Position numbers and translations under genes: made by a program. From positions 10,478,001 through 10,542,000 of the forward strand of contig CDPCPM010000281.1 in assembly GCA_976551045.1 (NCBI GenBank): DNA of 64,000 bases, read 5' to 3'. Positions 50,851 through 64,000 of the stretch are shown here, piece by piece. Within the stretch, counting starts at the first letter, position 1; every line of letters begins with the position of its first letter. This DNA is from Glaucostegus cemiculus (taxonomy: Eukaryota). The notes under the pieces were generated by a model that did not search any database, was not told the origin of the DNA, and saw nothing but the letters and a program-made list of their open reading frames with translations.

Positions 50851-52279
50851 CTTCATTAGAAAAGGCACTCCAAAGAAATACAAAAATAGGATTGAGACTA
50901 AAAGTTACATGGAAGAAGAATGACACTTATTAATCAGATAAATGTGATAACTGTATGTAACAGTATGTCTGCTTTTATCAAGTTTCATCACCTTGCAGTT
51001 GGACAACTGTTTTGCTTCAATGAATTTTTACTGTTAAGCTTTAACAAAAAAAAGATCGATTTGTCTAACAATAAATTATTATTTGTAGAAGAGACTGGCA
51101 ATAGATTTTCAATTATGAATATTCACTAGACATTGTTTTAAAAAGAATTCAAATACAGATCATCCATAAGGATCAAGGAGTGGTCAGTAAGAGAATAAGA
51201 TGTTGAATTTTAATTTAGTTATATTAGTTTTTCTCCCTGAATTAATGTCTGAGAGCTCACTCATCAGAATCATAATAATTTGGATCCCATTTGTTTTATA
51301 TGTGCCATTTTATCAAAAAAATCCACAGAAATCTGCATCGAGCCACCTTTCAATTTTGTAAAGTCATCTCAGAACAAATATTATGAATGCTACATTAAAC
51401 CTGATCAGAATTAAATCAATGACAAAGGAACACGGCCTGTTTTGTTTTGCTACTTGCAGACGTATACTTGCCTACATGAATTTTAGATGCTGCCATGGCT
51501 ACTTTGAAAGCATACATATTTTATTTTGTATAGTTTTATATTCTGCAGATTGAATGCCCCAAAATAAATCTATCCCCCTGCCTTTTCTCTACCTTGCTAA
51601 ATAAAAGATGTCATCCATCAACACTTCTCATGAGAGCAGCTCATTAAATGAGGAATTCAATTTTATTGCCTTTAAAGAGAGGCAATCTAATGAGGAATAT
51701 GCAACTTAATTAAATCTTTCTGGCTATCAAAAATAATTGTCAATGCCATTATATCTATCCATTAAGGGATTTGTTAACCGCATTAAATTTTATTGCTTTT
51801 CTAGCTTCAAGACGCAGCTGTGAACTGACTGTTAAAACATCTGTCACAGTTTCAATGGATTTCAATACCCTAATCTACTGAATGCAACAGGACCCCATCA
51901 AACTTGTATTTATATTAGCTGATACCTTGAAGCAATGCACACAGTGGAGGTAATTATGACTTCAAATGGTGGGGAGAAAAAGTAATATCGATATTGAAGA
52001 AAATGAAAATCAGGAGGGATGTTTGTGCTTATAATGTAAACAAAACAGAGGGAAAGAAATTTTCTAACTGAGGGATAAAAGAGGCAGAAAGAAAAATATA
52101 TTACAATTTTAAAAAATTATAATCACAATTAAGAATGAGATGCCCCACACTTACAAAAAAAATAATTTTCAGCACCAGAGAAGAAGTTTGACGTTAATTA
52201 AGACATATCATGTCATTAAGAAACCTACACTTGAATTGATTGACCCATACTTCATATGGCAAGTTCAAAGAGTCATAAA

Positions 52280-54170
52280 ATGATATAACATAAGAAAGAA
52301 CCTGCTGAGCTTTTCATGCCTGTGCTATCCGATTAGATTCACTCCCTTGTTCTTTCTTCATACCCCTGAATTTCCCCACCCCTTGAAGTATTGTTCCAAT
52401 TCCCTTTTGGAAGCAGCAAATAAAATTTGATTCCAATATCTTCTCAGCCACTGTAGTCCAGATCATCGCAACTCACTGACTAAACGAAGCAACTGACAGG
52501 AGAAACTGTTTCTCTTTACTTATCAAAACTATTAATGATTTTGAATACTTCTATCGAATCTCCTTTCAATCTTTTCTGCTCCAACAAAAAAAAATCCCAG
52601 CATTTCAATCAGATTTCTCACAAACAAGGAGCAAGTGTAGACCATTTGACCCTTTATGGCATTTAATAAAATCATGTAATCTGAGTGTAATCTCAACTCC
52701 GCATTCCCGTCCACCCACAGTAACCTGTAATCCCTTGCTCACCAAGTATGTATCTACTTCTTCCTTAAAAATATTTAAGCCTCTACTCCAAAGATTCACA
52801 AACCACTGAAAGAAATAATTTCTTAAATGCATGACCCCTGATTTTTAAACAGTGACCCCTAGCTCTAGATTTGCCCACAAAAGGAAACATCACATCCGCC
52901 CTGTCTAGATCCCTCTGGATCTTATTTGTTTCTCTGAAATCTCCTCTCACTCTTCTAAATGCCAACAAACACAGACCTAGCCTGATCAATCTTTCCTCAT
53001 GAAGCAATCCCATCCATTCCAGGTATTATAAATGGTGGCCACAAGAGGACATAGGTTTAAGGTGCTGGGGGGAAGATATAGGGGAGATGTCGGGGTAAGT
53101 TTTTTACTCAGAGAGTGGTGAGTGCGTGGAATGGGCTGCCGGAGATGGTGGTGGAGGCAGATACGTTAGGGTCTTTCAAGAGACTGTTGGATAGGTACAT
53201 GGAGGTAAATAAGATAGAAGGCTATGGGTAAGCCTAATAGTGTGGGGACGTATTCGGCATAGCTTTGTGGGCCAAAAGACCTGAATTGTGCTGTAGGCAT
53301 CTATGTTCTATTAGTCAATTAAACCTTTCCTGAACTGCTTACAGTGCATCAACATACTTCCCTAAATAAGGAGACCAATTATGCACATAGTCCTCCAGAT
53401 GTGATCTCACCATTGCTTTATATAACTGAAGCATAACCTTCCTATTCAATTCAATTCCCTGGCAAAAAGCAGTAAGGTTCTGTTTACTTTCCTAATTACT
53501 TATTTTTACCTTCAGCTTTTTGCAAATCCTACACTGGATACCTCGATCTCGCTGTTCTCGGTGGTCTGCGATCTCTCACCATTTAGATAGTATGCCTTTT
53601 TCACACTTCCTGACAAAATGAACAATTTCATATTTACCTGCAGTATACTTCACTTGCCATACCTTTGCCTACTCACTTAACCTATCTACCTATCCATATC
53701 TCTTTCAGATTCCAGCATCTGCAGTTTTTTGATTTCTTTATATCCTTTTGTTGTCTCCTGAAATACTCTTCACAACACAGAGCACACTTTTTGATCCTTT
53801 GATGTTGACTCTTCCTATCATTGTGAAGCAGAATTCACCAAGTGTTAGATTGTTACATCTTTCCAACCCTTTTTTTTCTGTTATCCAGATAATCTTTTAT
53901 CCAGACCTATATGTTATGTCCAACAAAATGTGCTTTTATTCTCCTTATAAATTTTGATGCAACACCTTATCATATGCCTTCTGGAAATATAATACATCCA
54001 CTGGCTCCCCTTTGTTCTCACTTCTTCAAAGAGCACTAATAAATTGATCAAATGTGTCAAAAGGAAAGACTTCCCTTTCATAAAATCACATTGACTTTAC
54101 CTGAGTATCTTGCATATAAGCACCTTGCTATAATGTCATTAATACCAGCTTCTAATACTTTTCCTATATT
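52280..54170 (-). mobile_element. Cluster of degenerate CR1 fragments
   Basis: GLLHEERLIRLGLCLLAFRRVRGD..SRARGHCLKIRG, FFQWFVNLWS and further RT remnants. Confidence 0.8.
53030..53310 (+). mobile_element. Younger CR1 3' end nested antisense in an older CR1
   Basis: acaagaggacatagg (TRGH), agagtggtgagtgcgtggaatgggctgcc (RVVSAWNGLP), and tail ctatgttcta. Confidence 0.85.
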
Positions 54171-54639
54171 CCAATTTAATGGAACCTTCCTGGAATCTGT
54201 TTTTTCTTCCACAGATACAACCTGACCTGCTGAGTATTTCCAGAATTTTCTCTTTTCACTTCAGACTTCCAGCATCTGCATTTCTGGCTTTGGTTTTGGT
54301 TTATACCACAAATTAAGCATTATTTGATCAATTTACAGATAATTTATTTTTTAGATCTAACTGGCAGTTGCATGATTACAAATTGGTCAGACCAGGTCAT
54401 GATAGCAGAACTCCATTTCTAAGGCACATTAGTGAATTAGAAAGGTTTTTGTGACAATTAATAATTCTAATGTCACTACAATGCACAAGTTCATTGCAGA
54501 TTTATCTAATTAAACTAAACTTAAATTTCTTTTCCACTATTATGGAGACTTGAGCATCTTTCCAGATCAGATCCAAGTCCCTAGCATAATTACCTTGTTA
54601 TCAAATGTCTTGTGAGATTTTAATCAATTAGAGACAGGC

Positions 54640-56020
54640 TAAAGCATTGGTTGTTACTTTGGATGTGAAGCATACAGCAGATTTGTAAAAGCCCTGTCAA
54701 GAAATGGCTGAGAGCACTGGATACTACAAACCTTCCCACTCCAGTTGTAGCTGAGCTATTCCAGTATAGTTACAACACTGGCATGCATCCAATAATATGG
54801 AAACTTGTCCAGTATGCTCATAAAGGCAGGAAAATGCAATCTAGCTAATTACCACCCAATCAGTCTACTCTCTATCATTAGCAAAGTGATGAAAAGGGTC
54901 AACCATAGTGCCTTCAACAGTCAACCATAGTGGCTGACCTGATCCTAGCCTTGCTTCTAACAAGAAGCAAAGAGCTGAATTCCAAGTAGGAATAATATTT
55001 GGTCAAGTACAGTGTAAAGGAGTCCTGGTAAAATTGAAGACACTGACCACCAAGGTAAACATTCCGATGCCCGAAGTCATACCTTGTTGTTGAAGGTAAT
55101 CATCCCAGCTCCAGAAGTTTCACAGAACAGAGCCCAATCATCTCCATCATCAATAACTTTCTTTCCATCATAAGGTCAGAAGTGGAGATGTTCACTGATA
55201 TCACAATATTCAATTATCTAATATGCATAATATTCAATTCCATTTGCAGCTTCTCAACAAAAGATGCAGAATATGTCTACATGTAGCTAGATCTAGAGAA
55301 CATTCAGGCATGAGCTGCAAAATGCCACATAACAATTGTGCCACACAACTGCCAGGCTATGACCAACTTCAATAAGAGGGAGGGTCCAATCACCTTTCTC
55401 AACAATGAATAGCATTAGCTTTGCAAATCCCCCACTATCAACATTCTGGGGGCCGCCACTGATCTGCTACTCAGCTGGATGAGCTGCCTAACTAAAGGAG
55501 CAGATTAAAGGCTGGATACCCTGTGGCAAGTGCTTTTCCTCCTGATACCGCAAGATCTTTTCCACCAATTACAAGACACAAATTAGGAGTGTGGTGGAAT
55601 ACTCTTCACTTGCCTGGATGAATGCAATTCTAACAGTGGAGCAGCTCAAAACCATTCAGTACAAGTAGCCCATTTGATTAACACCCCATCCACTCTAAAC
55701 ATTCACTCCCTCTACCATCAGTGCACCATGACAGCAGTGAGTGCCAACTACTAAATGCACTAACTTGTAACCCAATTATATTTGGTAATGTTTAGGCAAA
55801 CCCACAAGAAAGACAGAAGGCAGTGGCACACAGGAATACCACCATCTGTAGGCTACCATCCAAATCACACACCAACTTGACTGGAAAATGCATCACTGTT
55901 CCTTCATTGTGATTGGTTCAATGAAGGCAGCTCACCAGCACATTTTCAAGAGAATTGGAGATGACAATAAATGCTGGACCTGGCAGTAATGCAAATATTC
56001 TGAAAGATGAAAAGAAAATT
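54640..56020 (+). mobile_element. CR1/L2-superfamily LINE, degenerate RT and 3' end
   Basis: NYHPISLLSIISKVM (54847-54891), atgttcactgat, and tail aaggcagctcaccagcac...caataaatgctgg; same family as 4240-4980. Confidence 0.8.
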
Positions 56021-59000
56021 ACCAAAGCCTTGGCTACCTAGTATTTGAATCATGAATTGTCTCAGCATCTGATGTGCATATATAATGTGCTTTAAAGCCT
56101 GACATTTAAAAGTAAATCTTTTTACCAGATGTTCTGCGTAAAATTAGTCAACAAAAAATCCAGAAACAAGATAACAGCTATTAAAAAGAAAAGGTGTTAA
56201 TCTATCTAATTCAAATTTAACTTAGAATGGAGAAGAGGCAATCAATTAAAATATGTTACACCATTTCCTCAATTGTGTGTCATTTTTGCCTTGGTATAGA
56301 AAATAGAGACCCAAATGAATAAGAAACCTGATATCTAATTCAAGTATATCCAAGAGCTAATTTTCTCTTGCTGATTGTTTGACTCTAATTCTGAAAACGT
56401 AAATCATTCAGGTCCTAATCTGAAAGATAATTACTGACTGTAAATGTACAACATTGTCAAAATGAAAATCTGCTATCACTGCATTAACGTCATTACTGCA
56501 TGCTATGTAGGATGGTACACCAGAATTCATAGTGTATGCCCTTTAATACTGTTTCTTGCAACTACTTAAGTCTACATTTAGATTCCTTTATGGGTACTGG
56601 TTTCACTTGGAAGACCGCTTCAATTCCATTAAATATTCTCATTGCATTATGCTGTCTGTTTAAATAGGTTGATTCAGTTATCTCTTATAATGTACTTCTA
56701 GTACAAAATTCAACTATGACACAGAAGGTAATAATAAATATTATGAAATGCAGCATTAATAAAAATATTTTGAAGGGGTTGTTGAAATACTTTGATTTTT
56801 CTAGATTGTAAGTCACCATTCATAAGGCACACCAGATGTTCACAAAATCTATTGCATACATATCCCTATACAAATTCAGGGACTAAGCATACGGAAAATT
56901 CAATTCAGTGCTTTTTCAAAGCATAGATTTCTTTTATGAAACTGCAGTAAAAAAAAAAGATATCTCTAACTCTTTCAGCATGTGAGCAGAGGATGATAAA
57001 ACAACAATTCAAAGAAACAGTGAGTCTACTTGCTTTAAAACCAAAGAACTGAAAGTCAGATTTTGCCAGAATTAAAAGGAGAATTGAGCTGTTTAAGCAA
57101 CAGGCACAAAATGCATCTATAAATGTCAGGGCACAACAGGAATGCTTGCTGAATTTTAGAGAGTTGACTGGAATAAAGTAAGGAAAATTCTACCATGAGT
57201 TTGGTAATGATGTTAAATGCCAAAAAAGTAAAATCTCTTCCAATATGCAACTGCATTTATAACCATTGTTTCTTTCAGCATTGATCTTAAAATGATGCCA
57301 TTAGGATACAAACTCATCAGCAAAAATAGTTGTTTCCCCAACACCCAATTCCCTCAAAACATATTTATTGTCAACACTGTGCCAGCCAATAAATTGGACG
57401 AGTTTACATGAAATAATCTAACGCACTGCAAAGTCAATTTACTCAATGAACAATTTAAAGAGCAGAATACCAATCAGCAGACAGTTCTGCCAGTAAATCG
57501 CACAATCCCTTCAAAAAAAATCCAGTGAATGAAAAATAGTTATATTTAAACTATCAATGTAGAGTCAATTTTAGTCACTCATTGTTCAATGAGCTTGACT
57601 GATGTGGGAATTACTTAGTCATCTCAACTCTAACTGGCTATGGCGTGATTGCTATATACAATCACTAAATATTCTTTACGTGCCTCCATTCCTAAAAAGT
57701 TTATTTATTCCTGTGCTGCAGGCCTTCCTGGATTCCCAGTCCCTCAGCTATCGAGTGGAGATTCAATGCTCAGAAAATATGCACAGAAGCTGGCAAGTTG
57801 AACTTAAATGTTGCTTGCTAGCCTCTTGCATTGGATGAGAATGATTTGCAACATACACTAAGTATGAAAATCAATTCCAAATCTCTACTTGTGCCTTAAC
57901 AAATCACTTATATGTTCAAAATATCTTGTTTGCTCTTTACCCCTTTGTCACCTTAAAAATGGTTTCCATGTGGTATACTCTCATAGCTTTATCAGTTCAA
58001 AAACATGCAACAAAATTTCCAGCTGATTACCATCTGTCACCATCCCTCAGCAGACAAGTCAACATTGTTCTATGCCAAACACCATTTATGATACATGGAG
58101 AGTAGCAGGAGCACAAAATTTACTCTGGAGCTTCAATGTTTACCACCAACTCTGGCTCAATAGCACCACAACTGTTCACACTGGCCCTGAAAATAAAATT
58201 GCCAGACAAAGCAAGCAATTGGTGATGAGAGAACTGACACAATAAAAAGCCTAATTGACATTATCCTCACTAATCAACTTGTTACATATACATATTTTCA
58301 TGATGATCAAAAAGATGTTTCATCACTTTCATGACGGAGTGGGCTTAAAGCTCAACTACAGTACTGCACTGTGCAGATTAATTTATAATAAAACAGTTCA
58401 ATTATCTCACATGAATCACCTATTGGTGTGGTATGTTAATGCACAAACAAAGTTGTAGTTTGGATTACCTGTTTATAAGGAAGCTCAGTTCCTTCCGTGA
58501 AAAAAAGTTTCAATGATTTTTAAAAAGGTGATAATCTCATTTACAGCTATATTAATAAAATTGTACTAGGTTATTACTTTTATGTGCATCAAGGAATTAA
58601 TTTTGATTAGTAAGGACAAAAAATAATTCCATTTTATAGAAATGCCTGATGGTGCTGATTCATTACAGCTGTTACGTTTGTGATTGTGCAAAGAAGTTTT
58701 AGAAGAATCTTGAAATGTAACCCAACCAGCGTAATCCTGAATACATTGTGGATCCAATTTCCTGTTCATATACAACAGAGAACTCTACCCCAAGATGACT
58801 GGATCTGGCAAGACTTGAAAATGTGATGTGGTCAGATATGGTTTGAGCTAGATGCAAGGAAAAGCTCTTATAAAAACACAAATTTAAATATTCAACTTAA
58901 ACATAAATTTAGCTGGAATGACACTGTAATTGAACTGAATGCATTACATTAACTTATTATATTCTAAGATATCAAAACCTGATTTTTTTCACTCTAGTAT

Positions 59001-59329
59001 ACAGTGTCAATATTTTTTTAAAAATCACCATTTTACATTATATATTGGCAAATGTTTGCTGATTACCAAGGGTTTCACTTTTTCCATAATTGGCACTTCT
59101 GTAGAACAACTTACTAAAAAACAAAATTATACAAACTTACCGTAAAGAACAAAACAAAATGCAAAAACCTCCCATTAAATGTTTGATTTTGTAATATGAT
59201 GCATTTAAAAGCTCATGGCTTAGCAGTCATCATATAATCTGCCATTTCCAAACATTTATATAATCAAAATTTGAGATTATAAAATAACACAATGGTGAAT
59301 ATTTGCAAATATCAAAAAAACCCACTCAC

Positions 59330-59497
59330 CTTTTTGTGTGCTATGAGGAGGCAGTTTGAATGCTCATGTTCACAGGCAATTTCATAGTCTACCAAAAGGT
59401 CAGCCAACTGCTGGACAAAATAAACAACCTCCTCGTGCCAAGGAACATTTGCCATAGTCAAATTACTTGCTGAGCTTTCACCACAATAAGTCACTCC
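59330..59497 (-). CDS. TYW1: TYW1 penultimate coding exon (168 bp, 56 aa)
   Basis: Translates GVTYCGESSASNLTMANVPWHEEVVYFVQQLADLLVDYEIACEHEHSNCLLIAHKK. Acceptor ttttag and donor gtgagt; in frame with both neighbouring exons. Confidence 0.97.
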
Positions 59498-62400
59498 CTA
59501 AAACATAATTTAAGAATATTGTCAATATAAATTCCTACATGACCTTATATACAGCCAATAAATCAGAATTTAACTCGCATTGCAGCACTTTGTTTAAAGG
59601 AACAATTGGATACAGATTTGATTCTCCATCCCATGACAGGAGCTTTGGTAGGAGTTAAGGACAGAAACTGAAGTTGCTTATACTTATCAATAGAAAGTGG
59701 CAATGTTAGAGATTTGCTGATGTAATTTGCTATCATGACCTTGTTGAAGCTTGAATTCTAATTCCAAATCGCACATTATACTATGGCTACACTACTTTGT
59801 TCAACTTGGTACTCGCAAGCTGCAGTTGTCCACTGACCATGAGCATTACTATACCTAGCAACACCAAAGCTCTGTAAATGCATGCAAATGCAATACACAA
59901 AACTCTGCATGCCAATAACACATCTTCATGTCAAAAGCAATCCAGCAGGAGCATGGCTTCCCTGCCTACACTACAAGTTACATTGTCAGTTTTGCATTTT
60001 GGGAATCTGAAACTAAACTAGTTGCAATTGATGCAAAACAGCTATCTAGTTTAAAAAAAATCGCACTAAGTAATCTGTAATATTTAAATATTAATTAATT
60101 AGCTAAAGAAAGTTATCCAATTTTAAGAGTACAGAAAGGGCACATGCTTCTAGCTACTTGACATTATCTTGACTCCTCACAAAAAGCTCTTTGGAGCAAC
60201 TTTATTTTAATAGAAGCCCCTAAGACCCCCCAAGCAATTAATCACATTTATTAAGACACCAATGGTGTTCTTACTAACTAAAACATGTTAGTTTCTGAAC
60301 ATGTGAATTATAGAACAGCTACTCAAATGTTTTCAGTATCAATTCTTCTGCTGAAATTCATTCTTAAACAATTATCCTTTACTCCCAAGGGAAGTGCACA
60401 ACTGCAATTATTAGAGAAATAGATTAGTTCTGGGTTCTTTAAGGCTTTTAGCCACAACAAAAAAAGAATCCCTCACACCATGCTAATTCTGATTACTGAC
60501 ATCCTTAGATAGCAAATAGAGAAAACAAAAGCAACATTAGTACTAATTTTGCCTTATGCAGTGACTAATTGGTAGAATAGTTAATTGGTAGGGCAAGGCA
60601 CAGAGAATAAGAAAGTGAATAATCTATTCCAGAAAGTAAGCATTTACAAAAATAATATCCATAGCCACAGGATAATCTCACAGTGAACACATTACAATGT
60701 GGGATCTGCAGGGAATAGATTGAGGCTGCTTAAAGGCTACCAATTTTCAAAGATATAAATACTGATAACCTATAGGATAGATGATTACGGTTCTTCTCAT
60801 TAAGATTTAGAAGGGATGAGGCTGAAGATAAACACCAGCCTTTGAAAGCCAATCTCAACATAAATCTCATGCATGCTCCATTATAACTTATACTTCATCC
60901 TTTTAAAAGAGAAGTTCATTGTTAGATTTCTCATCAGAAAATAACACAACTGCAATGGTGTTCAAGAATAATGGTATTTGTTATTTCCAAAGGGGATATA
61001 AATCACAAAAATTGTTTTCCTGTTCAACAATTTGGGAAATAATCCACAGACAAACACTGCAATGGAGCAATGTAAAGAAAGATTAATGACTGTTTGCTAA
61101 TGTGTACTTAAATTTAGAATAGTGTTCCATTATTTCAAATCAAAATGAGTTAACTTCGGCCCTAATAGTCTTCTGTAGCTCAAAATAGCTAGGAATCAGA
61201 AATCAAACACGTATGATGCACTTTTCCTATTAGCTATAATTTCACAATTTGGTCCAGGAAGTTTCGTCATCTATTAGATTTTACCTTGGAAGCTGTTGTC
61301 TATGGAGGCGACCCCAAATACCTAAATAACAACAGGGTTAAGCACTAAACACAACTTGCAGTTGATTTAAGATTAAAGTAGTAGATTTGGAACCGTTCTC
61401 AAAAATTTTAAAGTCTCATCGCAAAACAGATTCAAATCCCAGGTAATAATGATTTTAAGTTAGAGCAAAGTAATAGTTTATGTCCTGCCAGCTGTCAATT
61501 TAATGAATTGGCTGCAGTTTCTCTAATTGACAGGAGTAACTCAGAATGACACATTTTGCATTCTTTGTAATTGCAAGATTATATTTTACACTCTTTAAGG
61601 AGATTGGAATTTTAAAATTGCAATTATCAGAATTAATATTTTCTTTGCTTTGAATAAATGAGACTCAAATGCACATGTTGATCTGAAATTATGATTTACC
61701 AGTTAGTGATGTAAAAGCATAATGCAGTAATGTTGCTTTCCTTTATTATTCCTACATGAACATTAACTCATTTATTTTCATGTACTCATTGTCCCTCTTT
61801 TATAGATTCTTCCACATGGAGGCATTTTCTCCATACCCACTCATTCATAACTTTAAAGATCTTGAGCAGATCACCTAAGTGCCCTTTTCTGAGAAAATGC
61901 CCAGGTCTGTTCAATATTTTCCATTATCTGTAATATTTCAGTTATTATATAGCATAACCCCAGCAGTTATTTCAACAAGTAGTGTGGCTAGTTCCGCGCA
62001 ACTACTGCCATTTACCATCTAAGTACAATGAGTTCAGGACTCCCCCCTGAATGTGGAAATACCAATCTTCCTTGTTGACAACTGACAACAACTATGTTGC
62101 AACTATGCTGTTTTTCAACATTTACACCTTCTTGCAGTCTTATTTGTTTTAACAATTCAATAATTTTAATATGTTTAAATTGGATATTTCATTTTTTAGT
62201 ATCTAAATGTCAGGGATATGCAACAGCATTGAAAACCCTTGACAACCTCGACAGACTGCAAAGCTGGAGGCCTGTCGCAGGTTTCCAGAGGAATTCCATG
62301 GAGGGAAATTGTTCTGGCCCACCCTCATCATCCAATTGTGTTGCATGAGGCCCACATGCTACAGCAGACTTTGAGTCACAAGAGAGGCCATACTGACTTG

Positions 62401-62909
62401 GATCATGAAAATTCAACTCAGTGAGGTATCTGAGCACTGAATGTGGATAGCAGGCACCACAAAGCAAAATCTGAACCCAGGACTTAAATTTAGAGAACAC
62501 ATTACTTCCTTCACTTCTTGTGTGGATTCTATGCTGCTCCAGTGCTGGCTACTAGATACACAATCTTCAGATTAACTTTCTGTTATTTAGCTGCAGCATT
62601 AAACATCACCTTAGCTGCAACATTAGATATCAATGTAAATTCTTCACATTTTTATTATCTTGAATTTAATGAATTTAGACTACTGCAAAAAAAAATTACA
62701 TGAAAAAAATTGGGAATTCAACAAGGATGTTGTGGTGACTTTGTGTGGAATCAGTGTATTTAAAGGTTATCAACTTGCAAGGACTATAAACCCTTTAATT
62801 TCTATTAACTTTAAATAATCAATTTTGAATAAAATTGTTAATGGTATGTCAGTTTTTGTAATTAGTTGGAGAAATGGGAAGGCATTCATTTCTCAGAAAA
62901 AGCAAAAAA

Positions 62910-63000
62910 AAACCTGGAGATGCCAGAAATCTGAAATGTAAACAGAAAATGCTAGAAACGGACTTAATATTTTGGGTCTCAAACCCTTCGTCAGAACTCT
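62910..63000 (-). mobile_element. Penelope-derived terminal fragment with a hammerhead remnant
   Basis: Minus strand agtt-CTGACGA-a-GGGT-ttgag-ACCC-AAAAT-ATT-aagt, followed by the terminal unit. Confidence 0.65.
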
Positions 63001-63204
63001 TCATTCTGTAAACCCTGAAATGGAAGACAGAGAACTTGGCTTTCTTTAAAGATTTCAGAGCTTATTAAGCAAATTTTGACCTGCTTTCCACCTGGGAGAA
63101 TAAACATGCCTTCCTTTAATAATTTTAACTATAAAAAATTAACCTTGATGAAGCAGGAACATATGGTAATATTTTTCTGCTAACAAACTAATATTCAAAC
63201 TTAC

Positions 63205-63315
63205 CTTAATTTCAATGAAGTCAGGTTTTCCAATCTCTATCAGGTCAGCATAAGATCGAAGTTCATCCACATTCCAGGCCTTTACTAAAGTTAATCTATA
63301 TACTGTACGCTGCTT
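63205..63315 (-). CDS. TYW1: TYW1 third-from-last coding exon (111 bp, 37 aa)
   Basis: Translates KQRTVYRLTLVKAWNVDELRSYADLIEIGKPDFIEIK, matching the TYW1 radical-SAM C-terminal region. Acceptor ttcttgcag and donor gtaagt; phase 0. Confidence 0.96.
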
Positions 63316-64000
63316 CTGCAAGAAAACAGACAAAAGTACTATTTAATGTATTTTTTAAAATCAGATTGCATTTTTCTATGTATTTGGTGACTTATTTTGG
63401 CAAATTTGTTTTTGAATTGCCCTACAGTGTCAAATAAATGCATGTTTTTGCTAATATGCAAATCTGTGATTGGTAAAAAGATGTACTGTGTGGGTACGAA
63501 GCAGTGGGAGTTCATCCATTTTGACTCCCATGCTGTGAGAGAAAACTGCTCAGATTTATAAGACATTTTTACTGGGAAGCTATTCACAATTCTCAGATTA
63601 TTGAGACAAATTCAAATTATTTAGGTCCAGTAGCTGTTGTCATCAGATTCAAAAGCATGTGATCACCATTTGGATATCTGAGTTTATGGCTTGTGTTTTT
63701 CATTAACCAAGATCAATAAGACTTTTTGGGGAGGAAAATGGAGAAAATAGCAGAATATTATACCCAAATCATCAGTACTTTCAACAAAATTGAATTCTTA
63801 GCTTTGAACATTTGTTTCTTCACACCTGAATTTTCATTCAAGCTCATTTGCATTTCACCAAATGTAAAACTTGAGGCAGAGGGCTAACAGGATTTTGCTC
63901 ATATTTTCCTGGAGTAAGATCTGACATCCACAACTAGTGATTTGAGAAACACTTAGCACAGCATAACAGTGGTTATAAAAATGTAGGGTAATGCTGAGAA

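Noticed and set aside
54898-54932. 13-bp direct repeat gtcaaccatagtg with a 9-bp spacer
   Set aside because: A small rearrangement scar inside a dead LINE; only two units, so not an array.
1-64000. CRISPR arrays, operons or prokaryotic systems
   Set aside because: The DNA is vertebrate, with spliced exons and retroposons; no regularly spaced repeat-spacer array was seen.

Overview
AT-rich, repeat-dense vertebrate DNA; the repeat families point to a cartilaginous fish (shark or ray). The only host gene I can support is TYW1 (radical-SAM tRNA wybutosine synthase): its last three coding exons lie on the minus strand (63205-63315, 59330-59497, 47072-47290) with clean AG/GT boundaries. Bases 1 to ~46,000 are downstream or intergenic DNA made mostly of transposon debris: CR1, CR1/L2-like, RTE, Rex1 and L1-like LINEs, V-SINEs, a Deu-type SINE, Tc1/mariner-type MITEs and Penelope-like elements. 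Three observations stand out. (1) A young 5'-truncated CR1 has an intact 974-aa EN-RT ORF2, which lies in the -1 frame behind a near-slippery C_TTA_AAC-stop junction and has no AUG ahead of the endonuclease. (2) That CR1 sits in one copy of a local ~230-bp duplication, so the other copy shows the empty site. (3) Several Penelope-derived mini-elements, some palindromic, carry decayed minimal hammerhead ribozyme motifs. Most short ORFs in the track are spurious. Repeat family names come from recalled motifs, not database searches, and boundaries of old repeats are approximate. I found no clearly new biological system.
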